Assembly (NCBI GenBank): GCA_965215265.1
Contig: OZ244048.1
Location: 2,112,001-2,176,000 of the forward strand
Source of the DNA: Candidatus Poribacteria bacterium
Lineage (GTDB): Bacteria; Poribacteria; WGA-4E; WGA-3G
Direction of reading: 5' to 3'
Length of the DNA stretch: 64,000 bases
Made by a program: the position numbers and the translations under genes. Below, piece by piece: positions 19,528 to 29,032 of the stretch (within the stretch, counting starts at the first letter, position 1; each line of letters begins with the position of its first letter). The notes below the pieces were generated by a model, which had not been told where the DNA came from, searched no databases, and saw only the letters and a list, made by a program, of their open reading frames with translations.

Positions 19528-20583
19528 TCAGAATGAATACGATGTTGCCAAAGAAAACAAGCTGCCAATTTTAATCGCATCCCCTTCAGCGTAAAGCGTC
19601 GCTTGAGTTAACGGCAACATGACGTTAGCAGAAACGGAAATCTCATTGGGCATCGCCAAGGCGATACCGAGTGCTGCTACGCTATAACGCAGCCCGGTAT
19701 TGATATCACGCTCTCCAGCCCAAGCCGCTGAAGCTTGGTAAAATCCAAGGTAGTTCCCGGTCACTGAAAGCCACCTGAATGGGCGATACCTAACCCCTAT
19801 CGTATAAGTCAACTCTACTGGACCTCGATAAGTTTTGCTATTTTCATAGACAGGAAACGTGCCACGGCCGGAAGCAGTCAGCGCCATACCTCGATAGAGC
19901 GGGAGGCTGTACTCCAAATTCGCAATCGGGTTAAAGGTACCAGTACCAAACTGGATATGGAGGTGCCTCATACCAGCATCTCCCAGTTTCCAAGGGTTTT
20001 CCTCGGTTTTACCAATCGGAATCGTGGTACCCAACCGGGCAAACAAGATGTCATCCGTTTTAAACAGCCCAGAAATTCTATAGCCTAATAACAGATCCAA
20101 ATCCGAAAATCCGACGTAGGTCTCATTTCTATGATGGATATCTCCATTATCCAAAATAGCTTGCTCATCTTCAGCACTCACTGAACTAAAGAACTCAACA
20201 TGTGCATCTTGATTTTTAATCGCATACGGAACGTTTGCTCGTAACGTCCATTGATGGTTCAGCAAGTATTGTAAACCAACATCAATTCGGTACGTGCTCA
20301 TCTCGACATGGTGTCTATGCTCAGGAACGCGCACAACTTCTCCTGTTGGTGAAAGTCCTTTTTTTGAAAAATGTCCACCTTGTGCATTAGGGGACATCAA
20401 CATATTGACATTAAGGCGAAATTGCCTCATCTCTTTTGAAGTCAAACTGACTTCACCTATCCCGCTCGGCGGCAAGATAGGATTGCTTCATGCAGGGCAG
20501 CTTTCTTGGGTGAACCCAACAGAGATAAAAACCCAATTTAGCAGCATGATGTGTAGGAATAGACTCATTTTCATGTTACGCAT
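19528..20583 (-). CDS. Putative selenoprotein: outer-membrane beta-barrel with N-terminal CxxU motif (351 aa, Sec at codon 32)
   Basis: GGAGG RBS (20594-20590), ATG 20583, signal peptide, then ESCPA-TGA(20490-20488)-SNPILPP in frame with ORF 19528-20475. Amphipathic beta strands, His-rich motifs and a terminal SYSF. Confidence 0.8.
20456..20481 (-). promoter_or_regulatory. Bacterial SECIS-like stem-loop
   Basis: CCUAUCUUGC-CGCCGA-GCGGGAUAGG (10 bp including 2 GU) starts 6 nt after the UGA. The loop is 16 nt from the UGA with G at loop position 2. Confidence 0.7.
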
Positions 20584-20948
20584 TTTAGTCCTCCGAAAAG
20601 TACTTTAACATCAGTTTTATATAAACCGTAGGCATACAGGCTTGAACCGCTTGTGCGGTTGCATGCTGCCATCTCGTCACCACTCTGGAAGCGCACAAAC
20701 CTCCTCTTGAACCCGATGTCCAATTTTACAAAGAAGCACGTTCGCTATCCGGTGGATGCGGAAGGGCTAGCACATGTCACACTATTTTTATTCTTCACTA
20801 TAAATAGCCCTAATAGAACGACAAGCACTATTGCCACCAGACACAGCCCACAGAAAAGTTGCGGACAACGCTCGGCAGCATGCCCTATTTTGCTCGATTT
20901 TAAAATTTGAACCTGAACTCTGATATGAAACGCCACACGCCCAACGCG

Positions 20949-21356
20949 TTAAGAACTGGCGCACGGAGGACCCCGACGGGCTATGGTGTAACGGAGCGAA
21001 ACAGCAAATAGATGTGGAGGGTCAGGAAGAAGGGATGAACTCACAGACGCAGCCGACAAGCAGAACCTATCCTGCTTATACAATTCACCGACTGCAATCT
21101 GAAGAAATTTGGCTCGGGCGGTACTCTCATTTCGATAAATGCACTCAAACTTGGCAAAGCAGCATAACTCTTGACTCTCTGCAGGTACCTCAGATGCATC
21201 CGCGGCATTTCCGCAACACCTCTCGCGGTGTTCCACGCTCGAAGAAGCAGCACGACACAACTTCTGTTCTAAACCCGCACAAAGAAGCGGACATATTGAA
21301 TAGACATACACTATGCCTACAATTAGGATAAGAAACTGCCGGGATTTGGATAACAT
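20949..21356 (-). CDS. Cys-rich exported leader protein ending in RGPP (DUF2946/CruR/CutF-like), 135 aa
   Basis: Hydrophobic N-terminus, ICPLLC, RCC, LCC, Pro-rich segment and C-terminal ARRGPPCASS; upstream of and co-directional with the barrel gene. Confidence 0.7.
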   Translation of the reverse strand: MLSKSRQFLILIVGIVYVYSICPLLCAGLEQKLCRAASSSVEHRERCCGNAADASEVPAESQELCCFAKFECIYRNESTARAKFLQIAVGELYKQDRFCLSAASVSSSLLPDPPHLFAVSLRYTIARRGPPCASS

Positions 21357-21531
21357 CGCTATTAACTCGCGCAGCACGCAGTTTGAGTAAAAATATAAAA
21401 ACCTATAAAAACGTGTGATATTCTCACACCAACTTTGCACAAAAGTTCCATTGAAGATATATGATACCATAAAACACTAAAAGATTGTAAGCAAAAATCT
21501 TTGACAATTCGGCATCCTGTTCTCACAACGT

Positions 21532-21560
21532 TTGCACTTTTAATAAAAATGTAGTATAAT
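21532..21560 (+). promoter_or_regulatory. sigma70-like promoter of msrP
   Basis: TTGCAC-17 nt-TATAAT. Confidence 0.6.
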
Positions 21561-21629
21561 AACTGACAACATAAGTCTCCCAGGCGTATTTCACTCAAAA
21601 CAAGAAAACACACCACGGAGGAAAGTCTA

Positions 21630-22592
21630 ATGCCGTATCTCAAAATTCCCAAAAGATGGAACATACCCGAAAAACAGGTAACCCCCGAATCAGATTATAT
21701 CAACCGTCGAACATTTCTCAAAACACTCGGCATAACAAGCGCAGGCGCATTATCGTTGTTCGGCTCAAGCGCTTGTGCCCAAGGAAGTGGCGTTGAAAAA
21801 CAGTTAAAGCCATACCAAGCAGAGGTGCTCCCTGCTGAGAACAATCCGCAGTTTACGGTAAACCGCGCGATGACAGATGAACACGTCGCGGCGACTTACA
21901 ATAACTTCTATGAGTTTACTTCATCCAAATCCAGAGTCTGGAAAATGGTCGACCGGTTCCAAACCCGCCCGTGGGAAATTGAAGTATCCGGCCTCGTAGA
22001 CAAGCCGCAAACCTTCGACATCGACACACTTCTCAAACAGATGCCCCTGGAAGAGCGAATCTATCGGTTCCGATGCGTCGAAACCTGGGCGATGGTGGTA
22101 CCTTGGATCGGATTTCCCATGAGCGCACTGCTAGAGAAAGTGCAACCGACTTCCAAAGCCAAGTACGTCCGAATGGTCACGTTCTTCCGACCTGATGAGG
22201 CACCCGAACAGATGGATCCGCGTAGCCCGTGGCCCTACTATGAAGGATTGACGATCGAGGAAGCCATGAACAAACTCACCCTCATCGTTGTCGGTATCTA
22301 TGGGCACATACTGCCACCGCAGCACGGCGCACCGCTCCGGCTAATTGCACCCTGGAAATACGGTTTTAAAAGCATCAAATCAATCGTTAGCATTGAGTTG
22401 ACAGACCGGAAGCCGCGCACCTTTTGGAATACCATTTTTCCACGTGAATACGATTTTGAGGCAAACGTCAACCCCAACGTCCCCCATCCGCGCTGGTCAC
22501 AGGCACAGGAACGCATGATTGGCACAGGTGAAAGACATCCGACAGTCATTTACAACGGTTATGGGCCAGAAGTCGCACACCTTTACAAGTAG
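21630..22592 (+). CDS. msrP: Protein-methionine-sulfoxide reductase catalytic subunit MsrP
   Basis: Tat motif NRRTFLK, YNNFYEF, RFRCVETW, PWKYGFKSIKSIV, HPRWSQA, YNGY. Confidence 0.95.
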   Translation: MPYLKIPKRWNIPEKQVTPESDYINRRTFLKTLGITSAGALSLFGSSACAQGSGVEKQLKPYQAEVLPAENNPQFTVNRAMTDEHVAATYNNFYEFTSSKSRVWKMVDRFQTRPWEIEVSGLVDKPQTFDIDTLLKQMPLEERIYRFRCVETWAMVVPWIGFPMSALLEKVQPTSKAKYVRMVTFFRPDEAPEQMDPRSPWPYYEGLTIEEAMNKLTLIVVGIYGHILPPQHGAPLRLIAPWKYGFKSIKSIVSIELTDRKPRTFWNTIFPREYDFEANVNPNVPHPRWSQAQERMIGTGERHPTVIYNGYGPEVAHLYK

Positions 22593-23508
22593 CCTCACCA
22601 TTCTATCGTTCGCATTTAGCCTCTTGTCGCTTGTGGGTTCCGCTGCAGATGCCGCCTGGGAATCGGAGAGCAGCACGCATTTCCGCGTCTACTACCGGGA
22701 TGGCACCCTACAACCAGAGCACATCCTTGAAATCGCTGAAACTTTCTATACGGAGATGCAACGTCTAACCGCGCGCATCCCCGATGGCAAAATCGATATT
22801 TGGGTTTGCGGCACCGAATCAGATTTTCAGACAGCTGTTCACGCACCCATTCAAGATTGGGCTGTTGGATGTGCTTTCCCGCTGTCCCGCCGCATCGTCA
22901 TCCAAAATCCAACGCACATCCGTTTCAAGCAACTTCAGCTAGTGCAAGTACTACGCCACGAAATCGCCCATGTCCTCTTCGGACAGTACACACAAAAAAA
23001 TGTTAAAGAGATACCGTTGTGGTTTATTGAAGGAATCGCTATCTATTTTGCCGAAGAATGGGTACCCAGCCGGCACGAAATCCTGCTCAAGCATATTTTC
23101 TCACGTTCCGTGCTCCCACTGAGCACCCTTGCACAGCAATTCCCGAATTCACACGACGGTGCCGCACTCGCGTACGCAGAAAGTCACGATGCAATACAAT
23201 GGCTCGTGGAAACCAAGGGGAGTGAAACGCTATGGCACCTCATTCACCAACTACACACCGGCGAAAACTTCAATACCAGTTTTCAAACTGTAGTCGGGTA
23301 CGACTTAACCACCTACGATACCTTATGGCAGGCATCGCTCCGCGAACGCTACCATTGGGCAGCTCTCTTTTCCAATGCCTACCTATTGTGGGGCGGAATC
23401 GGCGGACTCACTCTCCTCGGATACCTCATCTGTCGTAACCGGAGACGACACCACCTCAAAAAACTCGCAGAACAGGAGGAAACAGTCGATGCCTTCTTTA
23501 GAACCTAA
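22561..23508 (+). CDS. Peptidase MA-like zinc metallopeptidase with C-terminal TM helix
   Basis: HEIAH..PLWFIEGIA motif, N-terminal signal, C-terminal TM; start inferred at ATG 22561. Confidence 0.8.
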   Translation: MGQKSHTFTSSLTILSFAFSLLSLVGSAADAAWESESSTHFRVYYRDGTLQPEHILEIAETFYTEMQRLTARIPDGKIDIWVCGTESDFQTAVHAPIQDWAVGCAFPLSRRIVIQNPTHIRFKQLQLVQVLRHEIAHVLFGQYTQKNVKEIPLWFIEGIAIYFAEEWVPSRHEILLKHIFSRSVLPLSTLAQQFPNSHDGAALAYAESHDAIQWLVETKGSETLWHLIHQLHTGENFNTSFQTVVGYDLTTYDTLWQASLRERYHWAALFSNAYLLWGGIGGLTLLGYLICRNRRRHHLKKLAEQEETVDAFFRT

Positions 23509-24478
23509 ACTTCAACTCCTTACTACTACTATGTGCATCGTCTCTCTGATTGCCTCTGCAGCTGAAACCAAACAGCTCGCGCACTACCCCAATCAGCCTA
23601 CGCGCGACGGCCACATCCTCGTACTACCCCCACACGGCACACTCTACATTGTCTCCGATTTACACGCACACTGGAATGATTTCAACGAGTGGTTAAAACA
23701 GACTCAACTCATTGAACGCATTCACGCCGGGGAAGATGTTTATGGACTTATCCTCGGGGACGCAATTGACTATAAGCCTGATGAACCCAGGCACCCACCT
23801 CATGGTGATATACAGATTATTGACACCATCATCCAACTACACCAGCAGCTCGGCAACCGCGCCACGCACCTCATCTATCTCAGAGGCAATCATGAATTCG
23901 CAGCAGCCGACGCTTACGCTATGCTCAAAAAGCAAGGCATGACAGATGCAAACCGGCCCCATTTTATTCGCGCACTTTACAACAGTCCAGTCGGTGCCTA
24001 TTATCAGCAATTCAATTTCATAGAAAGAATGACAGATGAACACTATCTGTTCTTAATGAATCTCCCCACAGTCGTCATCGGCAAAAACGGATTCGTTGGA
24101 ATCCACGCCGGGCCAGCCCGAGCGCCGATCGGCTTGGCTGACCTGGTCAATCCAGCGCCAAAAACGCTCGAAGAACTACTCTGGCACCGTCCAGAGGCCG
24201 CGCTCAGCGGCGGTTATACCATCGCCGAAACGCAGAATTTCCTCACTGCTATTGACGCTAATTTGCTTGTTGTTGGACATACCCCTATCAGTTATTTCCC
24301 TAAGGAAAATGTCAGGGACGGCATTGCCACGTTTGGGGATAACCAACTCATCTTTTCCACAGGCTACAGCGGAGCACCAGGCGTGCCCGCCTATATCGAA
24401 ATAGATCTCGGAAAAACATACGCCTCTGTCGACGCACTAAAATTAGGCGTTAATATCCATCATCTCTATCCTGACTAG
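23489..24478 (+). CDS. Calcineurin-like metallophosphoesterase
   Basis: VSDLHA, LGDAID, RGNHE, HAG, VGHTP; AGGAGG RBS before ATG 23489. Confidence 0.88.
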   Translation: MPSLEPKLQLLTTTMCIVSLIASAAETKQLAHYPNQPTRDGHILVLPPHGTLYIVSDLHAHWNDFNEWLKQTQLIERIHAGEDVYGLILGDAIDYKPDEPRHPPHGDIQIIDTIIQLHQQLGNRATHLIYLRGNHEFAAADAYAMLKKQGMTDANRPHFIRALYNSPVGAYYQQFNFIERMTDEHYLFLMNLPTVVIGKNGFVGIHAGPARAPIGLADLVNPAPKTLEELLWHRPEAALSGGYTIAETQNFLTAIDANLLVVGHTPISYFPKENVRDGIATFGDNQLIFSTGYSGAPGVPAYIEIDLGKTYASVDALKLGVNIHHLYPD

Positions 24479-24504
24479 CCCGACGTTATATCAGAGCACA
24501 CCCC

Positions 24505-25365
24505 ATGCGCCCACTTATTTACATCATGACCCCGGTACTCATGCTCGCTATTTTGTTCGCATCCCGGTTTGTAACCTGGGATTCAGTGAAAGGGGAAAAC
24601 CCGCACGCACGACAATATCTGAATGAAGGCACACGGTTCCTGAGGGCATGGAAGATGTCAGAGGCAATTGCAGCCTTCACCCGCGCCATTAATATCGACG
24701 CACGATATGCTGAAGCTTATGTGAAACGTGGACTCGCCTATTATCGCTCCGGTCAGTACGAAGCTGCCATCGCGGATTATAACAGGACGCTAACTCTCAA
24801 AAGGTATCATGCCGATGCCTATGCTAGCCGCGCCCACGCATATCGCGCACTGGGAAACCGACAGCGCGCTATCGTTGACTACACCGCATCCCTAAAAAAA
24901 AGATGGAACGCTCAGGTACTGCTGCAGCAAGCTGAAACTTACCGCGAACTCGGCAACCTTCACAACGCACTCACCGCTTATAATGACGTGATTGAGCGGC
25001 ACCCGAGCGCTACGGCTTACTACCTTCGCAGCAAAGCTTACACTCATAACCGGCAAGTAGAGAAAACACTCAAACTCGCTTTAGTTGACCTGGAGAAGGC
25101 GCTCTCTCTTGAACCACGTTTTGCCCACGCATACATCCGCCGCGCATACATTTATCAAAAATTAGGCGACAAGCCATTCGCAACCTCTGATTATTCAAAG
25201 GCGATCGAAACGCTCACCCAGCAGATTCAGGCCCGGCAAGGCACACCCGGTCCCCTTATCTGGCGCGCCTTTGCTTATCAAAAATTAGGAGAAATCGACA
25301 ACGCACGCACTGATGTCCGTGCAGCGAATAAAAAGATTTTTCGTTTTTTCCTTGAAAAATATTGA
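24505..25365 (+). CDS. Tetratricopeptide repeat protein
   Basis: Repeated AY..RG.AY..G.Y..AI.DY pattern; N-terminal hydrophobic anchor. Confidence 0.88.
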   Translation: MRPLIYIMTPVLMLAILFASRFVTWDSVKGENPHARQYLNEGTRFLRAWKMSEAIAAFTRAINIDARYAEAYVKRGLAYYRSGQYEAAIADYNRTLTLKRYHADAYASRAHAYRALGNRQRAIVDYTASLKKRWNAQVLLQQAETYRELGNLHNALTAYNDVIERHPSATAYYLRSKAYTHNRQVEKTLKLALVDLEKALSLEPRFAHAYIRRAYIYQKLGDKPFATSDYSKAIETLTQQIQARQGTPGPLIWRAFAYQKLGEIDNARTDVRAANKKIFRFFLEKY

Positions 25366-25380
25366 AATCTATGATATACT
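25352..25380 (+). promoter_or_regulatory. sigma70-like promoter of the BMC locus
   Basis: TTGAAA-17 nt-TATACT with TG extension. Confidence 0.55.
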
Positions 25381-25479
25381 TTATCTTAGCTAGTTAACGC
25401 GAATACAATCGCTAATATATCTGTCCTTGACAGCTTACATTTATCACCATTGATTCCATAGGAGGTTATTAGAATTAAT

Positions 25480-25755
25480 ATGACCGGAGATGCATTAGGT
25501 TTAGTTGAAACCCGAGGCTTAGTGGGAAGCATAGAAGCCGCTGATGCTATGGTAAAAGCCGCGAACGTGCGGCTCATCGGCTATGAGCAAGTCGGAGGCG
25601 GCTACGTAACCGTTATCGTCCGTGGCGATGTCGGCGCAGTAAAAGCCGCTACAGATATTGGGGCTGAAGCTGCAGCACGCGTCGGAGAAGTTGTATCTGT
25701 TCATGTCATCCCACGCCCGCACGCAGAAGTTGAAAACATATTACCCAACGACTAA
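25480..25755 (+). CDS. Bacterial microcompartment hexameric shell protein (BMC-H, EutM/PduA-like)
   Basis: [39 protein letters not shown]; AGGAGG RBS. Confidence 0.96.
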   Translation: MTGDALGLVETRGLVGSIEAADAMVKAANVRLIGYEQVGGGYVTVIVRGDVGAVKAATDIGAEAAARVGEVVSVHVIPRPHAEVENILPND

Positions 25756-25790
25756 GCTCACTTAACGACTCTGAAAAAGGCAAATCAGAT

Positions 25791-26501
25791 ATGATAGACC
25801 GCTCCCTTATTGAACTGATTACGCGCAGGGTTGTTGACAGCGTTAACACCGCACAATCATGCAGCGGATGTGCCTTGCGCTCTTGCAACGCTGGACAACG
25901 TGCTTGTGATGCAGCCAGCCAGCACAATAAAATACCCATCGGAATCTCCGCACGACATGCCCACGTAACGCAAGAACACCTGGAAATCCTTTACGGCGAC
26001 GGACATCAACTCACTGTCTATGCACCGCTCTATCAGCCCGGCGCATTTGCAGCCAAAGAGACGCTCACTGTCGTCGGAAAAAGGATGCGGGCAATCGAGA
26101 ACGTCCGAATCCTCGGACCTGTCCGAGACTATTCACAAGTCGAAATCGCGAAAACAGAAGCAATCCGGCTCGGACTAACGCCACCCATTCGAGACTCAGG
26201 AGACCTCGCCGGGGCAGAACCTATCACACTTGTCGGACCCGCAGGAACTGTCTATTTAGAAGAAGGTGCCATCTGTGCAACACGGCATATACACATGACA
26301 CCAGCACAAGCAGAAGATCTCAGACTCGACGAAGACAGCCGACTAAAAATCCATTTCCCCGGTGAACGCGCACTCACACTTGAAAATGTCCGACCCAAAA
26401 TCTCTGAAACTTACGTCCTGCAAATGCACCTTGACACCGACGATGCTAACGCTGCCGGATTAAAAGGCGGGGAGGCCGTTGAAATCGAAACGTCGACATG
26501 A
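25791..26501 (+). CDS. pduL: PduL-type phosphate acyltransferase
   Basis: ISARHAH, VRILGP.R..SQVE, PIRDSG, RHIHM, MHLDTDDANA; N-terminal amphipathic encapsulation-like helix. Confidence 0.92.
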   Translation: MIDRSLIELITRRVVDSVNTAQSCSGCALRSCNAGQRACDAASQHNKIPIGISARHAHVTQEHLEILYGDGHQLTVYAPLYQPGAFAAKETLTVVGKRMRAIENVRILGPVRDYSQVEIAKTEAIRLGLTPPIRDSGDLAGAEPITLVGPAGTVYLEEGAICATRHIHMTPAQAEDLRLDEDSRLKIHFPGERALTLENVRPKISETYVLQMHLDTDDANAAGLKGGEAVEIETST

Positions 26502-27235
26502 ACAAGGAACTCATCGAGCACATTACAAAAATTACCCAAAAGGTATTAAGCGAACGCCTGACACAAGCCGAAACCCAAAAACAGGTGCTGGTTATCTTTG
26601 ATACTACACAAATTGAATTGGATATCCCACTACAGCAGCTTGAGCAGTGTAAACAAGCCGGCTATAAAATTAGAATAATTCTATCACAACTCGCAACTAT
26701 AACGATGCCCAGGCAGCGCTTCCTTCGCACTTTTACCGAACATGATATCTTACATGAACACCAAATAACGAATATACCAGATATGGTAGAGGCATACCAA
26801 CACTTTGTACTGCCCGCTTTCTCTTATCCGATGGCAGCAAAATTGGCGTTGAAAATCGTGGATACACCTTGCACATACTTAGTTTTTGAAGCACTCCGTA
26901 GAGGGAAACAGGTACTCGTCACCTCTGACGCACTCAATCAGGAACGTTCACACGCGGCATCTTTTCTACATAAACTTGAGGAGGAATATGTAAACATTTT
27001 ATCCGAATTGGGAGTTCAATGGATACAAGCAAGGCATATTGCCGAAACCCTCGCTAAGCCGAACAATCCGAGGCAAGCAACTGTAGACGCGGACGTTATT
27101 AGTGCATCTGTTATTGCCAGCCTCACCCACAATATCCAAGAGCTCCTCTACACAAATTCTGCAATTATTACACCCCTCGCACGGGAGATAGCAAAAAAGA
27201 GAGGCATTAAACTCATACCCAAACGGACAAACTGA
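26498..27235 (+). CDS. BMC-associated flavoprotein-like protein
   Basis: ATGA overlap with pduL; N-terminal encapsulation-like helix, AAKLALKIVDT flavoprotein-like motif, C-terminal IITPLAREIAKKRGI. Confidence 0.6.
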   Translation: MNKELIEHITKITQKVLSERLTQAETQKQVLVIFDTTQIELDIPLQQLEQCKQAGYKIRIILSQLATITMPRQRFLRTFTEHDILHEHQITNIPDMVEAYQHFVLPAFSYPMAAKLALKIVDTPCTYLVFEALRRGKQVLVTSDALNQERSHAASFLHKLEEEYVNILSELGVQWIQARHIAETLAKPNNPRQATVDADVISASVIASLTHNIQELLYTNSAIITPLAREIAKKRGIKLIPKRTN

Positions 27236-27284
27236 TAGGTTTACGAAATCCTGCACAAGTGTCGTACTAAAAATATTTAATTTC

Positions 27285-27313
27285 TTGATATTATCATAAA
27301 AAAAATGTATAAT
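27285..27313 (+). promoter_or_regulatory. sigma70-like promoter
   Basis: TTGATA-17 nt-TATAAT upstream of 27394. Confidence 0.6.
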
Positions 27314-27393
27314 TACTATATAATTACTGGAACACTCTTAATGACAGGGTGGAAGCCCTCCACCAAAACGGGTTAACTTAGGAGGATATTATC

Positions 27394-28950
27394 ATGATCA
27401 TCAGGGTTTTGAGTTTCACAATAGCTACCCTGCTTAGCTGCATCTTAACTGCAGGCATTTTGCCAGATGCTCATGCGGATTACGACTATTACGCGAACCG
27501 ACTGAGCCGCGAACATCGCGTTGCAAATGAGGTTGATGAATGGATAGAACGCGGCAGCGCCACAATTACCGCAAGCCCACGTTTTGAAGACGGCGTTCGG
27601 CTCACCGCATGGGAAAATAGTACACACACGCAAAAAGATTACGACTTTGCAATTGCCAGCGCAGTCTATCTTTTTGAAATTCCCAGAGGAACCCAGTACA
27701 TTGAAGTATTGATTCGCTACCGCGGCGAACCACACCAACTACAAATTGCAGATCATGATGAACCGATTGCCGGCCGCGTCTGGATTCGCAATACCAAACG
27801 GGAATTAACAAGCCGCGGCTATTACGACGAAAACGCCAAGGAGACTCGCTACGGCGACACCTTTGTACTTCGTGCAAATAAACGATCCGAACTCATCAAA
27901 ATCCCAGCAACAGGACACGTTAAAGATGGTTGGATGGAACTCCATATCGTCGCCGAAGGCGGCGAACAAATTGATGTGGAATATATCGAGGTGTCAACTT
28001 ACCATCGGCAGCCCAAAATTCGTGTGATTCAACGCTACACCCCAACCTACCGCTGGCGCCCGTGGCATCGATACACCTATCTCTACTTTTATGATGGGCC
28101 AATCTATTACGCAACTGACTACGATTACTACCTCCGGTGGAGTTACCCCATCTACGACCATCACTATCTGGCCATCAGGTCGTACTATGGCGGATATCTC
28201 GGCCGCTACCGCGGCTACTATCCGAGTGCCTATTACCGGTGTTATTCACCTTATTATCGCACCCACCGCGCAACACCTAAGGTACACCAGCGTAGAACGC
28301 AGCTCAATCGCTGGAGCAAGCAGCATGAAACTACCCGACGGCAATATAGCCGGAGCCGATTGGCCGTTAATAGTCGCGCCGAACGGACAACCGTTCGGAC
28401 TAATGTACGTACCGTACTTGAAAACCACCGGCGGCACGCACCCGCTAGAACCACGCGCACCACACGTGCAGCTATTATTGCACAGAAACAGCGAACTGCC
28501 GCAGCCACTACCGCCGTACAGCGCAGCCAAGCACGGCAGAGAAGCAACAACGTAAATACGTTGAACAAGCAGCGGCGATATTCTACAACTTCAACCTTTA
28601 ATGCCAACCGCTACAGAAACTCAACAAGGGCACAAAGCACACAGCCGCTTTACAGAAGTTCAACCTCTTCGTCACGTCGTTCAACAGCTTCTAACACGCG
28701 CAGCTACTCAAACAGCAAACAGCGAAATTCAACGCTGCGTTCATCAACACGCTCACGCTCGAGCATCACGCCGTCAACGTCGCGTACATCACGCACCGAG
28801 ACGAGAGCAACACGCTCGACATCCTCAACGTCACGGACGCGCCCAAAAACATCAACTTCATCACGTTCTACCACACGCCAGAGCGATGACGACGATGATA
28901 AAAATCGGAGCCGGAGCCGGACAACGCAACGAACGAAGCGGAGACGCTAA
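27394..28950 (+). CDS. Secreted hypothetical protein with a Tyr-rich segment and R/S/T-rich low-complexity tail
   Basis: AGGAGG RBS, signal peptide ending AHA-D, 518-aa ORF. Confidence 0.8.
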   Translation: MIIRVLSFTIATLLSCILTAGILPDAHADYDYYANRLSREHRVANEVDEWIERGSATITASPRFEDGVRLTAWENSTHTQKDYDFAIASAVYLFEIPRGTQYIEVLIRYRGEPHQLQIADHDEPIAGRVWIRNTKRELTSRGYYDENAKETRYGDTFVLRANKRSELIKIPATGHVKDGWMELHIVAEGGEQIDVEYIEVSTYHRQPKIRVIQRYTPTYRWRPWHRYTYLYFYDGPIYYATDYDYYLRWSYPIYDHHYLAIRSYYGGYLGRYRGYYPSAYYRCYSPYYRTHRATPKVHQRRTQLNRWSKQHETTRRQYSRSRLAVNSRAERTTVRTNVRTVLENHRRHAPARTTRTTRAAIIAQKQRTAAATTAVQRSQARQRSNNVNTLNKQRRYSTTSTFNANRYRNSTRAQSTQPLYRSSTSSSRRSTASNTRSYSNSKQRNSTLRSSTRSRSSITPSTSRTSRTETRATRSTSSTSRTRPKTSTSSRSTTRQSDDDDDKNRSRSRTTQRTKRRR

Positions 28951-28963
28951 CTAATTTCTTTAC

Positions 28964-29013
28964 AGTTAGGCTTTGCACAGTGCCACAGTGCCTCGCTTGT
29001 GTAAAGCCTAACT
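28964..29013 (+). terminator. Stem-loop after the 27394 gene
   Basis: AGTTAGGCTTTGCACA...TGTGTAAAGCCTAACT inverted repeat. Confidence 0.55.
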
Positions 29014-29032
29014 TTCTATATCTCTAATCACT

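Noticed and set aside
20600-20940. Short ORFs and the AACCGC-ttgt-GCGGTT hairpin between the leader and the barrel gene
   Set aside because: No convincing coding signal; treated as untranslated region.
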